DNA of 63,195 bases, the filler included, from Anaerolineae bacterium (lineage in GTDB: Bacteria > Chloroflexota > Anaerolineae > Epilineales > Epilineaceae): assembly GCA_029262755.1 (NCBI GenBank). It is 4 parts of 4 records of this genome, joined end to end, with 100 filler letters (N's around TTAATTAATTAA, not from the genome) between each part and the next. Parts side by side here need not be neighbours in the genome. Positions count along the whole stretch, not along the records: positions 1 to 17,926 come from JAJCYU010000041.1; positions 18,027 to 46,236 come from JAJCYU010000045.1; 2 more parts are not named here. One strand, given 5' to 3'. The translations under genes and the position numbers were made by a program. Shown here one piece after another: positions 11,907 to 21,960 of this stretch. The number at the start of each line of letters is the position of its first letter. Position 1 is the stretch's first letter. The notes under the pieces were generated by a model. The model was not told where the DNA came from and made no database searches. It saw nothing but the letters and a program-made list of their open reading frames with translations.

Positions 11907-12377
11907 TTAATCTCTATAACGCGTAGTCAGGCCCTTTAAAAAATTCCTGAGTATCTGATCGCCGCACTCTTTATAATGTCTCTGCCCTTCTTTTCTAAAT
12001 AGCGCAGACAACTCTGATTTTGAAAGACTCATGCCTGCCAGTTTCAAAGTACTTAGCATTTCATCCTCTCTGAATTTCAGTGCAATCCGTAGCTTCTTCA
12101 AAATACCATTATTTGTCAAAGGCTCATCCTTCTTATCAGCATGCCCCGGCATCTCTTCTTTCTTGCCTCTTTTATGAATAATTAAACCGTCCAGAAAAAG
12201 CCCCATAACATTGTCACTACAATCAACATACCCCTCTTCCTCTTCCTTTTTAAGGAGATCAATTAAAACGGCCCGTGAAATTTTATGTTCAGATAGTTTA
12301 AAAATATTAATCATCGTCGAATCTTTAATATCCAGTGCATATCTTAGCCTTCTCAATATATCATTATTAGTTATCAT
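11907..12377 (-). CDS. DUF1456 (YehS) family protein
   Basis: NNDILRRLRYAL / NNGILKKLRIAL internal duplication; ECGDQILRNFLKGL. Confidence 0.85.
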   Translation of the reverse strand: MITNNDILRRLRYALDIKDSTMINIFKLSEHKISRAVLIDLLKKEEEEGYVDCSDNVMGLFLDGLIIHKRGKKEEMPGHADKKDEPLTNNGILKKLRIALKFREDEMLSTLKLAGMSLSKSELSALFRKEGQRHYKECGDQILRNFLKGLTTRYRD

Positions 12378-12385
12378 GTTTACTT

Positions 12386-13822
12386 TTAGGGGTTAAAAAT
12401 GTTGTCACCGTACGGCAAACCAAAATACTCATGGATGAATGCCTTTCTATCACCTTCATACTTTGTATATTGTACGAGCGTGTAGAGTTTTTGCTGGTCT
12501 CGTTTGAGTTTAGTATCCAGATAATTCTGATCAATTAATTGAGGATGAATTTCAGAAATGATTTCAATCTTGAATGGTTCAATATTGAGTTCGATTACTC
12601 CATATCGGTCAAACATGTTTAAGGCCGTTTCCAGCCTGAAATCATGACCGCTCCTGAAGTGAATATTTTCCTTAAGCCAGTCCAGACCAAACGCCGCTAC
12701 TTTTTCCATATTTTCTTCCAGGATGTGATATACCCTCTGAAAATATTCTGCGTCAGGATTGCTCCACTTGATAAAATTCATATGTGTTAATAAATCATGT
12801 TCGTCGTATAACAGAGTACACAAAGAGTCCTTACCATCCCGACCGGCACGGCCGATTTCCTGGTAATAAGATTCAATAGATCCCGGTATATCAGCATGAG
12901 TTACAAAACGAATATCTTCTTTGTCAATGCCCATACCGAATGCGTTTGTTGCCAACACGAGAGTATTCCTTCCTCTCATAAACTGCTCCTGCACTTTAGA
13001 GCGCTGAACCCTATCAAGGTTGCCATGGTAGCAGAGATGTGAAATCCCTTGTTTGTTTAACAGGTCACTGAAATTATTCAGTTGTTTGATAAGGGTAAAA
13101 TATACAATACCATTACTATCATATTTATTCGTAATAGAAATAATATGTTCCAATTTCTCTTCATTACAAAATAACTTTTCAACCTGTAAATGCAAATTAG
13201 GACGGTCTATTCCCCCGTGAAACATCTTAACCTGCCCTGTCTCCAGGCAGAGGGTTTTGATGATATCCTTTTGCACCTCAGGTGTTGCAGTAGCAGTGAG
13301 CGCAATGGTAGTGGGATTACCTAATACCTGACGAAACTCCTGAATCCTTGTATAATCCGGACGAAAATCATGTCCCCATTCGCTTATGCAGTGCGCCTCA
13401 TCAACCGCAAGAAGACTTATACAACGCCCGGAAAGAGCCTCAATGAAATCAGGTTTACGAAAACGCTCTGGAGTAACGTAAATAATCCGATAACTTCCGT
13501 TCTTGAGCGCCGCATATCTTGCTTCCCTTTTCTCCCGTCCCAGTGAAGAGTTGATGTATGTCGCGTCAATGCCACGATTTTTCAATGTGTCCACCTGATC
13601 CTTCATCAGCGCAATAAGAGGAGAGATTACCACAGTGAGTCCCTCATTGATGATGGCCGGTATTTGATAGCACAGAGATTTTCCAATACCTGTAGGCGCT
13701 ACTACTAAAGCATGTTTTTCTGCTAAAACATGCCTGATAATTTCTTCCTGTTTCCACAGAAACGATGTATAACCAAAATAATTTTCTAAGACTTTTAAAG
13801 GCTCTTTATCAGCTAAAAGCAA
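12386..13822 (-). CDS. recQ: Short RecQ-family DNA helicase (no HRDC domain)
   Basis: PTGIGKSLCYQ, VDEAHCISEWGHDFRPDY and YYQEIGRAGRDG motifs. Confidence 0.88.
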   Translation of the reverse strand: MLLADKEPLKVLENYFGYTSFLWKQEEIIRHVLAEKHALVVAPTGIGKSLCYQIPAIINEGLTVVISPLIALMKDQVDTLKNRGIDATYINSSLGREKREARYAALKNGSYRIIYVTPERFRKPDFIEALSGRCISLLAVDEAHCISEWGHDFRPDYTRIQEFRQVLGNPTTIALTATATPEVQKDIIKTLCLETGQVKMFHGGIDRPNLHLQVEKLFCNEEKLEHIISITNKYDSNGIVYFTLIKQLNNFSDLLNKQGISHLCYHGNLDRVQRSKVQEQFMRGRNTLVLATNAFGMGIDKEDIRFVTHADIPGSIESYYQEIGRAGRDGKDSLCTLLYDEHDLLTHMNFIKWSNPDAEYFQRVYHILEENMEKVAAFGLDWLKENIHFRSGHDFRLETALNMFDRYGVIELNIEPFKIEIISEIHPQLIDQNYLDTKLKRDQQKLYTLVQYTKYEGDRKAFIHEYFGLPYGDNIFNP

Positions 13823-13867
13823 AACGACTTCTCCATTTTTGAATTAATATTCAGTAAATCAATTCTA

Positions 13868-14134
13868 TTAAAAAACAAATTTTATATCGTCATGCCCCTT
13901 GAACGCTTGATAAATTTTATTACGATATGCTTCATCTCCAACCATAACTGTCACATTAAAGCTTAAATATTTTCCCGTTTTACTGGTATTAGAAATGTTG
14001 ATCTGATATTCGCTATCTTGTATTATGCTCGCAATTGCGTTATGTACAGACTCCTTATCGTTTCCAATAACCTTGTAAATCCATTCGCAAGGATAATCGA
14101 TACTGGCTTCTTCATTTTCTCTTTTATCAATCAT
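13868..14134 (-). CDS. DUF493 (YbeD-like) protein
   Basis: DYPCEWIYKVIG and SKTGKYLSFNV motifs. Confidence 0.85.
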   Translation of the reverse strand: MIDKRENEEASIDYPCEWIYKVIGNDKESVHNAIASIIQDSEYQINISNTSKTGKYLSFNVTVMVGDEAYRNKIYQAFKGHDDIKFVF

Positions 14135-14274
14135 CTAATAACCCGTTCTTCTATGAATTTTATCTTTACCTTTTACGTAAATATATTTGTCATTCCCGTC
14201 GTCTGTTAAGAGGACACATTGCAAATCAGCTGCATCGCTTTTTAGCGTTGGCGGCATTTGATTTGTTCGTTTTT

Positions 14275-14727
14275 CTATGAATAAGTTTTTATTACTTGAT
14301 ATATATTTGCGGTTGCGCATTTGAATTCAGTCATTACTCGATAAAATTCCATATCATGAGTTACAAGTGTTAAATCATTATTAATTGCCGTTTCACCAAT
14401 AAGAGCATCCATTCCGTTATTTTCCTTCTTTTTTCTATTTAGCTCATCTAAACGATCCTTCAGTTGTTGATATAGAACTCCATCTCCCAGTTTACCCATA
14501 CCCAATCTTGAAATACCAAGAACAAAAGTTTCAGTTGGATATTCCTCTTCTGTCAAATCAGAGAAAACGCTGTTTAGTGCTTTTCGTCACATTGCATCTT
14601 TTGTTTTATTTATTCCATCTCTTTGAATCTGCGTGACACAGCATATTATGCCTTCTCTAAAATTCTTATAATCAATATTTCCATCGAGTATGTCGTTAAA
14701 TACATTTGTATCAAAAATATATTTCAT
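14275..14727 (-). pseudogene. PIN-domain protein interrupted by one in-frame TGA
   Basis: From ATG 14727: MKYIFDTNVFNDIL...TKDAM*RKALNSVFSDLTEEEYP...DALIGETA...LVTHD. TGA at 14587-14589 is in frame with the 14275-14556 ORF. Confidence 0.75.
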
Positions 14728-15006
14728 TTAGGTTTCTCAGTTTGTTTTTTGATAAAATCTAACGCTAGCCATCAACCGACGCTTTGGAGCGCAGTATAAG
14801 ACACGGAAAATCGGCAATGGAATGCTCACCGTTTTTATGCTAATAAAACCTATCATGGAAAACAAGAGAAAACCAAACTAGGCCCTGATTCAAAACCTTC
14901 AAAATGCATACATCGTAGCGTAAATAATTCATCATTCAACTCTTTTGTATTTACATTACTAAATAGTATTGACATTTATTAATTCACCCTGTTGAATGGT
15001 TAATTC

Positions 15007-15038
15007 TATTAGAATATTAGAATATTAGATTGTTAGAA
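15007..15038 (+). repeat. 8-bp tandem repeat (TATTAGAA)x4, imperfect
   Basis: TATTAGAA TATTAGAA TATTAGAT TGTTAGAA, about 60 nt upstream of uvrA. Confidence 0.7.
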
Positions 15039-15100
15039 TTTTAAAGTAACAAAGTGGATTATTTAAAATCTTGAGTTAGTCCTTCGGTCTGAAAAACATA

Positions 15101-17926
15101 ATGAAGAAATCAATTATTGCCCGAGGTATCAGGGTACATAACCTTAAAAATATTGATATCGAGATTCCTTTACGGAAGCTGGCAGTGATTACGGGCGTCA
15201 GCGGGTCAGGCAAATCGAGCCTGGCTTTTGATACCTTGTACGCTGAGGGTCAGAGGAGATATGTTGAGTCTTTCTCTGCCTATGCCCGTCAGTTTCTGGA
15301 GAGAGTAGACAAACCGGACCTGGACCATATAGAAGGCATACCACCTGCAATTGCAATTGAGCAGAAGAACCCGGTGAAAAATCGCCGCTCCACTGTTGGA
15401 ACTGCAACCGAGATAAATGATTATCTCCGTCTTCTTTTCGCACGCATAGGTAAGACGCACTGTGCAGAGTGCGGCGAGATTGTCCAAAACGATACAATAT
15501 TGCAGATCACAGATTACATACTATCGCTGCCGGAAAGCACAAAATTCCTGGTTGTGTTCCCTCTCGCAATCAGTAAAAAAATCTCAAGTGACATGCAGGT
15601 TTCTGCCTTAAGAGAGCGAGGTATAATAAGAATACTTGCAGACAATACTATTATTGATATCTCTTCTACAAAAAAGGACTTTGATATACGCATATACAAG
15701 TCGGTTGGTGGAATAGTGGACAGATTAGTTGTAGGAAAAAAGATTAGGAGCCGTCTAACGGACAGCCTTGAAACAGCGTATAGACTTGGTTCAGGAAATT
15801 TAAGAATTATCTTTTTGCGAGGAGAGGCTAAAGAAAGCAAAAAAGATTCTATCAAAAGGAAAAATCCTTCCAGAAAAAAAATTAACACTATCTCAATAAA
15901 CAATGCTGAATGGACGGTAATGTCATTTAGCAATCACTTCCGTTGTAATAGTTGCGATATAGAATACAAGACGCCCACTCACCATATGTTTTCCTTTAAT
16001 AACCCACTGGGAGCATGTAAGAAGTGCCAGGGGTTCGGCCACACTATCGAAATAGATATGGACCTTGTAGTGCCTGACAAGACAAAAACTCTTAATGAAG
16101 GGGCAATCGCCGTCTGGAACTCACCGGCCTACAGTATATTGCTTGAAGAATTACAGGAAGCAGCACCGGCTCATAATATTCCGCTTGATGTACCTTTCAA
16201 TAAATTAACAAAGAACCAGTTAAAATTAGTAGATGAAGGAACAGAAGCGTTCTATGGTATCAGCAAATTCTTTGACATGCTGGAAGAAAAAAAATATAAG
16301 ATGCACGTCAGAGTGTTACTCAGTAAATACCGCTGTTATACCATATGTGATGAGTGTAATGGTACCAGGCTAGATCCGTCCGCCCATAATGTGAGAATAA
16401 ATCAAAACAACATAACAGACATATGTAGTATGTCTATTGACGACACACATAGTTTTTTTGAAAAAATAAAGCTCTCTAAATACGAGGAAGAAGTCGGCAA
16501 GATTTTGTTACTGGAAATAAAGAAAAGGCTTAGCTATATGGTTACGGTTGAATTAGATTATTTGACACTGCACAGAATGACAAGGACCCTGTCAGGTGGT
16601 GAGGCGCAGAGAGTAAATCTAACAACATCTCTCGGCTCATCTCTTGTCAATACATTATATATCCTGGATGAGCCGAGTATTGGTCTGCACCCGAGGGACA
16701 CAAAGCGTCTTATCGACATTCTCGTACGACTCAGGGATATCGGAAATACCGTTGTTGTCGTTGAACATGACAGAGATATTATTAAGTCTGCAGACTATCT
16801 TATAGACATTGGTCCAGGAGCGGGTGAAAATGGTGGCAACGTTGTTTATGCCGGAGATGTCAAAAAGATATCCTCTCGAAACGGTTCGTTAACCGGGCAG
16901 TACCTGAAGGGCAAAAAACAGATTGAACTACCTCAGACACGAAGGAAAATCACACAAAGTCATATTGAAATTATTGGTGCTACTGAGAACAACCTGAAAG
17001 AAATTAATGTACAATTCCCTCTCAATGTATTTACCTGTGTAACAGGTGTATCAGGTTCCGGCAAAAGCACACTGATACAGGACACTCTATACGGCGCTCT
17101 TAAAAGAAAAATGGGGATATATCCCGGCCATGTCGGTAGCCATAAAAATTTAAATATTAATGGTCATATTGATGATGTAATCATGGTAGATCAATCACCA
17201 ATCGGCAGAACACCAAGATCAAATCCAATCACCTATGTAAAAATATTCGATTATATAAGGAAGATATTTGCTTCAACGAGGGAGGCTAGACTGCATGGCT
17301 ACACCCAAGGCTCTTTCTCTTTTAATGTTGAAGGTGGAAGATGTGATTATTGTGAGGGCTGTGGCTATATAAAGGTGGATATGCAGTTCCTTGCCGATGT
17401 GTATGTAACCTGTGATCAGTGCCATGGTAAACGTTTCAGGAAGGATATCCTGGAAGTCTGTTATAAGGACAAAAATATTCACGAAGTCCTGGAAATGACG
17501 GTAAGCGAGGCAATGACGTTCTTTTCTAATCGTAACAAGTATACACTGACACCGGAAATGAATAGCAGTTTATCTAAGGCTACATCACACATTAAAAAGG
17601 GACTGAAGTATCTTGAAGATACAGGTCTGGGATACCTGAGATTGGGGCAACCGGCAACAACACTATCAGGGGGAGAAGCACAACGATTAAAACTGGCAAC
17701 TTATATGGCAAAGGGGAAACACGAAAAAATTCTTTTCATATTTGACGAACCTACAACGGGTTTGCATTTTGATGATATAAGAAAGCTGCTTGATTGCTTC
17801 CAGAAGCTGATCAACAACGGACATTCCGTGATCGTCATTGAGCATAACCTTGAAATCTTAAAATGCGCAGACCATATCATTGATCTCGGGCCGGAAGGTG
17901 GAAAAGGGGGAGGATATGTGATAGGC
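15101..17926 (+). CDS. uvrA: Excinuclease ABC subunit UvrA (cut at contig end)
   Basis: Two GVSGSGKS Walker A motifs, LSGGEAQR twice, CxxC zinc fingers, YAEGQRRYVES. Confidence 0.96.
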
Positions 17927-18026
17927 NNNNNNNNNNNNNNNNNNNNNNNNNNNNNNNNNNNNNNNNNNNNTTAATTAATTAANNNNNNNNNNNNNNNNNN
18001 NNNNNNNNNNNNNNNNNNNNNNNNNN
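17927..18026. other. Artificial contig linker
   Basis: N-run + TTAATTAATTAA (stops in all six frames) + N-run; abrupt GC shift across it. Confidence 0.98.
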
Positions 18027-18952
18027 ATATGCTTCTCGAAGAAGGCGAGCATGCGCGTCCATGCATCCTCTGCGGCGTCCGCGTCGTAACTGGCGCGCGT
18101 GTCGTTGAAGAAGGCGTGCTCCGCCCCCTCATACACCACCGTCTCGGCCTCGATGCCCGCGGCGAGAAGCGCGGCTTCCATGGCCTCGACATCCGCTACC
18201 GGGATTCCGCCATCCTCGGAGCCGTAGAGGCCAAGCACGGCGGCACCCATGCCCGGCGCCTCCTCAGCGGTCAGCGGTGTGCCGTAGAACGCCACCACCG
18301 CCTGCGCATCCGTGTCGCTTAGACCCGCTTGCAGCGCGAGACGGCCCCCCATGCAGAATCCGACGATGCCGATTCCGGCGCCGGTTACATTCGGCTGGCC
18401 GCGCAGAAAATCACTGGCCGCATCGAGCTCGGCGACGGCGGCGGCCTGGTCGAGTTCCATGACGAGCTTGCGTGCTTCGTCCGGCTCCGTGGCCGCGACC
18501 CCGTGATAAAGGTCCGGCGCAAGCACGACGTAGCCTTCTCGCGCGATGCGGCGGGCCACGTCCTCGATATGTTCGTTCAGCCCCCACCATTCCTGGATGA
18601 GCACGACGCCCGGGCCACCGTCCTGCGACAACGGAGCGGCGAAATAGCCGCTCAATTCCTGGCCATCGCGATTGCCGTACACCACGCGCTCCCCGACGAC
18701 CTCGGACTCGTCCGTCATGCTTGTCGAGCCGTCGGACGCGCCGGTGCCTTCGGAAGACGTTGCGTCGCCGCCGTCTTCCCCTTCGCCGTCCACTACGGGC
18801 GGCGCATCGGGCGCCGGTGCGCATGCTGCCAACAACGTCTGCGCTGCGGCTGCGCTGCCGAGTGCCAGGGTCGCGCGGCGCAGAAAGCCACGACGGGAGA
18901 GGCCTCCCACCTGGAAGGAACGAACGAGCTGCATGACGTATACGCGATCCAC
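18027..18952 (-). CDS. Dienelactone hydrolase family protein with Tat/lipoprotein signal (cut at contig end)
   Basis: SRRGFLRR twin-arginine motif, LLAAC lipobox, QEWWGLN, GFCMGG and HAFFND; GTG 18952 after AAGGAG. Confidence 0.88.
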
Positions 18953-19125
18953 GGCGGTCTCCTTGGAGTTGGGGACTCCAGGGTACCTCATGGCGATCTC
19001 GGCAGCGATTCGGAGCGTAACCCTTCCCCGGTGCACTTCGTCTCTACGCTGGGGAAGGGGCGCCGTTTGGCGTCATGGGACAGGCCGCCGTTTCGTATAC
19101 ACGCGCGCGCCATGGAGGCTCCTGT

Positions 19126-21624
19126 ATGACACCCCCCACCCCCCACACCCCCTCGCGCAATCTCATGAGTCCGTACACACCGTTCGTGACGTTCACCATC
19201 GTGCTTCTCGGCGCGCTGGTTGCCGGCGCGCTCACGCCTGTTGACCCCGTCGCCGCTGTGCCGTCCCTGACCCTTGCCCAGTCCGCCGTGGCTGCGCCCG
19301 CGGTCCAAGACGACGTGCCGGCCGGTCATATCGTGGTCAGCGGCCAGATCAAGATCACGGACCGCGACGGCGATCGCAATCATCCGGCTGCCGGCGTTCG
19401 TGTCGAGATCTGGGACATCGACAACGGCTTTCCCGCTCCCGCCGAGTTGCTCGACACGACGATGACCGACGCGGCTGGACGATTCCAGTCGGACGAGATC
19501 GCCAACGTGGATCGCGATGGTCGGCCCGGTCAGAATGATCGGACCCAAGACCTGTTCCTGCGTATCTACACCGACAACGGCACCGTCTCACTGCGGCGGG
19601 CGGGCACCGAGTTGCCCTTCGTCTGGACCAGCTACGAGATCAACGAACAAACCGGCCGCGTCAACGACGTGCCGGACGGTCGTGTGACCTTCCCCACGCA
19701 GTTCATCGACACGCGCGCGCCGGACATCCAGGCGCTTTGGACCTACGTCGATCTAGCCTCGATCTGGCTCTTCGTCCGCGATCGCACCGGCGTGGAGCCC
19801 CCCGGTCTGCGCGCCTATTGGAAGCTGGGAAGCCAGGACGGCCCGCGGGTGGATCCGGACACGGGCGCCCTGCACTTGTCGGACGCCGCGATCAACTTCG
19901 GTCATGTAGTCGCGCAGTTTGCTGTCTATGCCATGCTGCCGGCGGTACTCGATCCGCTGCCGGCCGGCTGGGACGTCTGCATCCAAAACGTGCCCGGCGA
20001 CATCCGGCGCGCCACCACGGCGGATTGCGCCATGGTGCACGGTCTAGCGGTGTTCCTGGCCAGCGCCGGTATCGGCGACGTCGAGTACGAGAACCAGGAG
20101 CTGGCCGGCGTCGATCTCGACCTTGCGACGACGGGTACACCAGGCTGGGAAGACGGCGACAAGGTTCCTGGCCGGGTCGCGGGCGGATTCTGGGACCTGC
20201 ACGAAGGCGATGAGACGGAGGATGGCGTTGACCGCTACAACGCGACCTTCGCCGATATCTGGGAGGTCATGGAGCAGGCTCGACCCGAGACGCTGGCGCA
20301 ATGGTGGGAGGGCTGGAAGGCCCTGGGCAAGGACGGCTGTGCGGCCGTTTCGGCCTTGGCCCAGAACACGATCGACTACAACACGCCGCCCACCGTCCAG
20401 GACATTCCGGATGTCGAGATCAAAGAGGACGAGACGGCCATCGTCGATCTCAACAACTACGTGTTCGACACGGAGTGCGGCGACGAAGGGTTGATCTTCA
20501 CGATGATCGACGCCGGCACCCCCGAAGCGGGCATCAAGCTATTGCCGACCAACGTCATCAGCATCACGCCGCAAGCAAATTGGGCCGGCGAGACGCAGGT
20601 CAAGCTCGAGGTGAGCGACGGCCTTATCGCTAGCGAGATCAGCTTCCGCGTGATCGTGACCCCGATCAACGACTGTCCCGTGATCCCGAAGCGGATTCCC
20701 GATCCTGCACCGGCGCTGTTCTCACAGCCGATCGTGCTCGACTTGACGGACAAGGCGACCGATACGGAGGATGCGCAGACGGAGCTTAGGTGGGACGTCG
20801 AGGTGCCGCCCGAGCACACGAGCGACATCACGGTAAGCGGGCGCAACAGCCGGCAGATCGCGTTCCTGCTCAACCGCTCCATCCGCGATCATTACAGCGC
20901 CATCGTTACCCTGATCGTCTCGGACCGCGACGGCTGCAGCGTCCGGCAGGCGATCGCCCTCTACTGGACCCGTGAGGGCAACACGCCACCCGTGATCGAC
21001 AGTGAGCGTCTTATCCGCAGCTACGTCGCGCCCGTCGGGCAGACGATCTCCGTCGATCTGACGAACGTCGCGGACGATCAGGAAGATGGGCCCGCGCTGC
21101 TTGAATGGTTCGTGATCAACCCGGATACCGTCAGCGCCCAACTGGACAAGAAGGGGCCGCAGGTCTTGGACTTCGTGCCCTTCGACGGCTTCGTAGGGAC
21201 CACCAATGTCGAGCTCGAAGTACAGGACACGGGTGCCGCCCGAGCAACGGCCGGAATCTCGTTGACGTGGAAGAGCCTGGACGACCAGAGCAACTTCCCA
21301 CCGGAGATCCTGCGCCAGCGACTTGTAGGCCGCAGCGGCGCCGTCAACGGAGAGGTGTGCTACGCGTTGACGGACATGGCGCGCGACCGGGATCACAATC
21401 GTTTCTCACTACGGTGGTTCGCGGAACCGCACGACGAGAATAGCCTCTTCGTGGGCGCACAGGGTCGGCGCAGTTTGTGCTTCCGAGCGCGTCCCGACTT
21501 CGAGGGCTGCCTGGTCGCCACCTTCATCGTGCGCGATCCGCGGCACGCCGAAGACCGCTACGACGTCCGCACGTGCTTCCGCACGGTGGACCTGTATCTC
21601 CCGTTCTCGATGCTGCGGCGCTAG
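19126..21624 (+). CDS. Secreted surface protein: degenerate metallopeptidase-like domain plus Ig/cadherin-like repeats, C-terminal LYLP tail
   Basis: Signal peptide; repeats starting NTPP/NDCP/NTPP/NFPP with DL..D.ED..L.W; ends DLYLPFSMLRR; GGAGG RBS before ATG 19126. Confidence 0.65.
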   Translation: MTPPTPHTPSRNLMSPYTPFVTFTIVLLGALVAGALTPVDPVAAVPSLTLAQSAVAAPAVQDDVPAGHIVVSGQIKITDRDGDRNHPAAGVRVEIWDIDNGFPAPAELLDTTMTDAAGRFQSDEIANVDRDGRPGQNDRTQDLFLRIYTDNGTVSLRRAGTELPFVWTSYEINEQTGRVNDVPDGRVTFPTQFIDTRAPDIQALWTYVDLASIWLFVRDRTGVEPPGLRAYWKLGSQDGPRVDPDTGALHLSDAAINFGHVVAQFAVYAMLPAVLDPLPAGWDVCIQNVPGDIRRATTADCAMVHGLAVFLASAGIGDVEYENQELAGVDLDLATTGTPGWEDGDKVPGRVAGGFWDLHEGDETEDGVDRYNATFADIWEVMEQARPETLAQWWEGWKALGKDGCAAVSALAQNTIDYNTPPTVQDIPDVEIKEDETAIVDLNNYVFDTECGDEGLIFTMIDAGTPEAGIKLLPTNVISITPQANWAGETQVKLEVSDGLIASEISFRVIVTPINDCPVIPKRIPDPAPALFSQPIVLDLTDKATDTEDAQTELRWDVEVPPEHTSDITVSGRNSRQIAFLLNRSIRDHYSAIVTLIVSDRDGCSVRQAIALYWTREGNTPPVIDSERLIRSYVAPVGQTISVDLTNVADDQEDGPALLEWFVINPDTVSAQLDKKGPQVLDFVPFDGFVGTTNVELEVQDTGAARATAGISLTWKSLDDQSNFPPEILRQRLVGRSGAVNGEVCYALTDMARDRDHNRFSLRWFAEPHDENSLFVGAQGRRSLCFRARPDFEGCLVATFIVRDPRHAEDRYDVRTCFRTVDLYLPFSMLRR

Positions 21625-21665
21625 CAGGTCGATGGGCCGCGGGCGCCGATAGCGCTTCGCGGACC

Positions 21666-21718
21666 CGAGGCACAGAGGAGGCGCTGCGGGCTCGCCCGCG
21701 GCGCCTCCTTCTGCGTCG
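21666..21718. terminator. Long GC hairpin, probable terminator
   Basis: CAGAGGAGGCGCTGCGGGC-TC-GCCCGCGGCGCCTCCTTCTG inverted repeat. Confidence 0.65.
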
Positions 21719-21733
21719 CTGGGTGATTCGCAA

Positions 21734-21904
21734 ACGCCCCACGTGCAATCGGTGAGCGACGCGACGGTACACCGGCGCGGTGGGCGAACCCTGAAGATTC
21801 AGTGCAACCGAGTACGAGCAAAGGCTGGCCTGAGGCGCTCCCCTAGAGGATGATTGCAGGTGCGTCATGCGTCGATGGACCGCAAACCGGAGCACGTCGA
21901 GCGC
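21734..21904 (-). ncRNA. ssrS: Probable 6S RNA
   Basis: About 170-nt rod: closing stem GCGCTCGACGTGC/GCACGTGGGGCGT, unpaired central bubble CACCTGCAATCATCCTCTA, GGGGAGC...GTTCGCCC upper stem, CACC-GCGCC-GGTG hairpin in the 3' bubble, hairpin downstream. Confidence 0.55.
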
Positions 21905-21960
21905 ATGGGGTTGGAATCGCACGATCCATCCCATTGCCCTGCGGCAACGAGGAACCTTCC

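Noticed and set aside
17971..17982. TTAATTAATTAA palindrome occurring three times
   Set aside because: Synthetic all-frame stop linker inside N-runs
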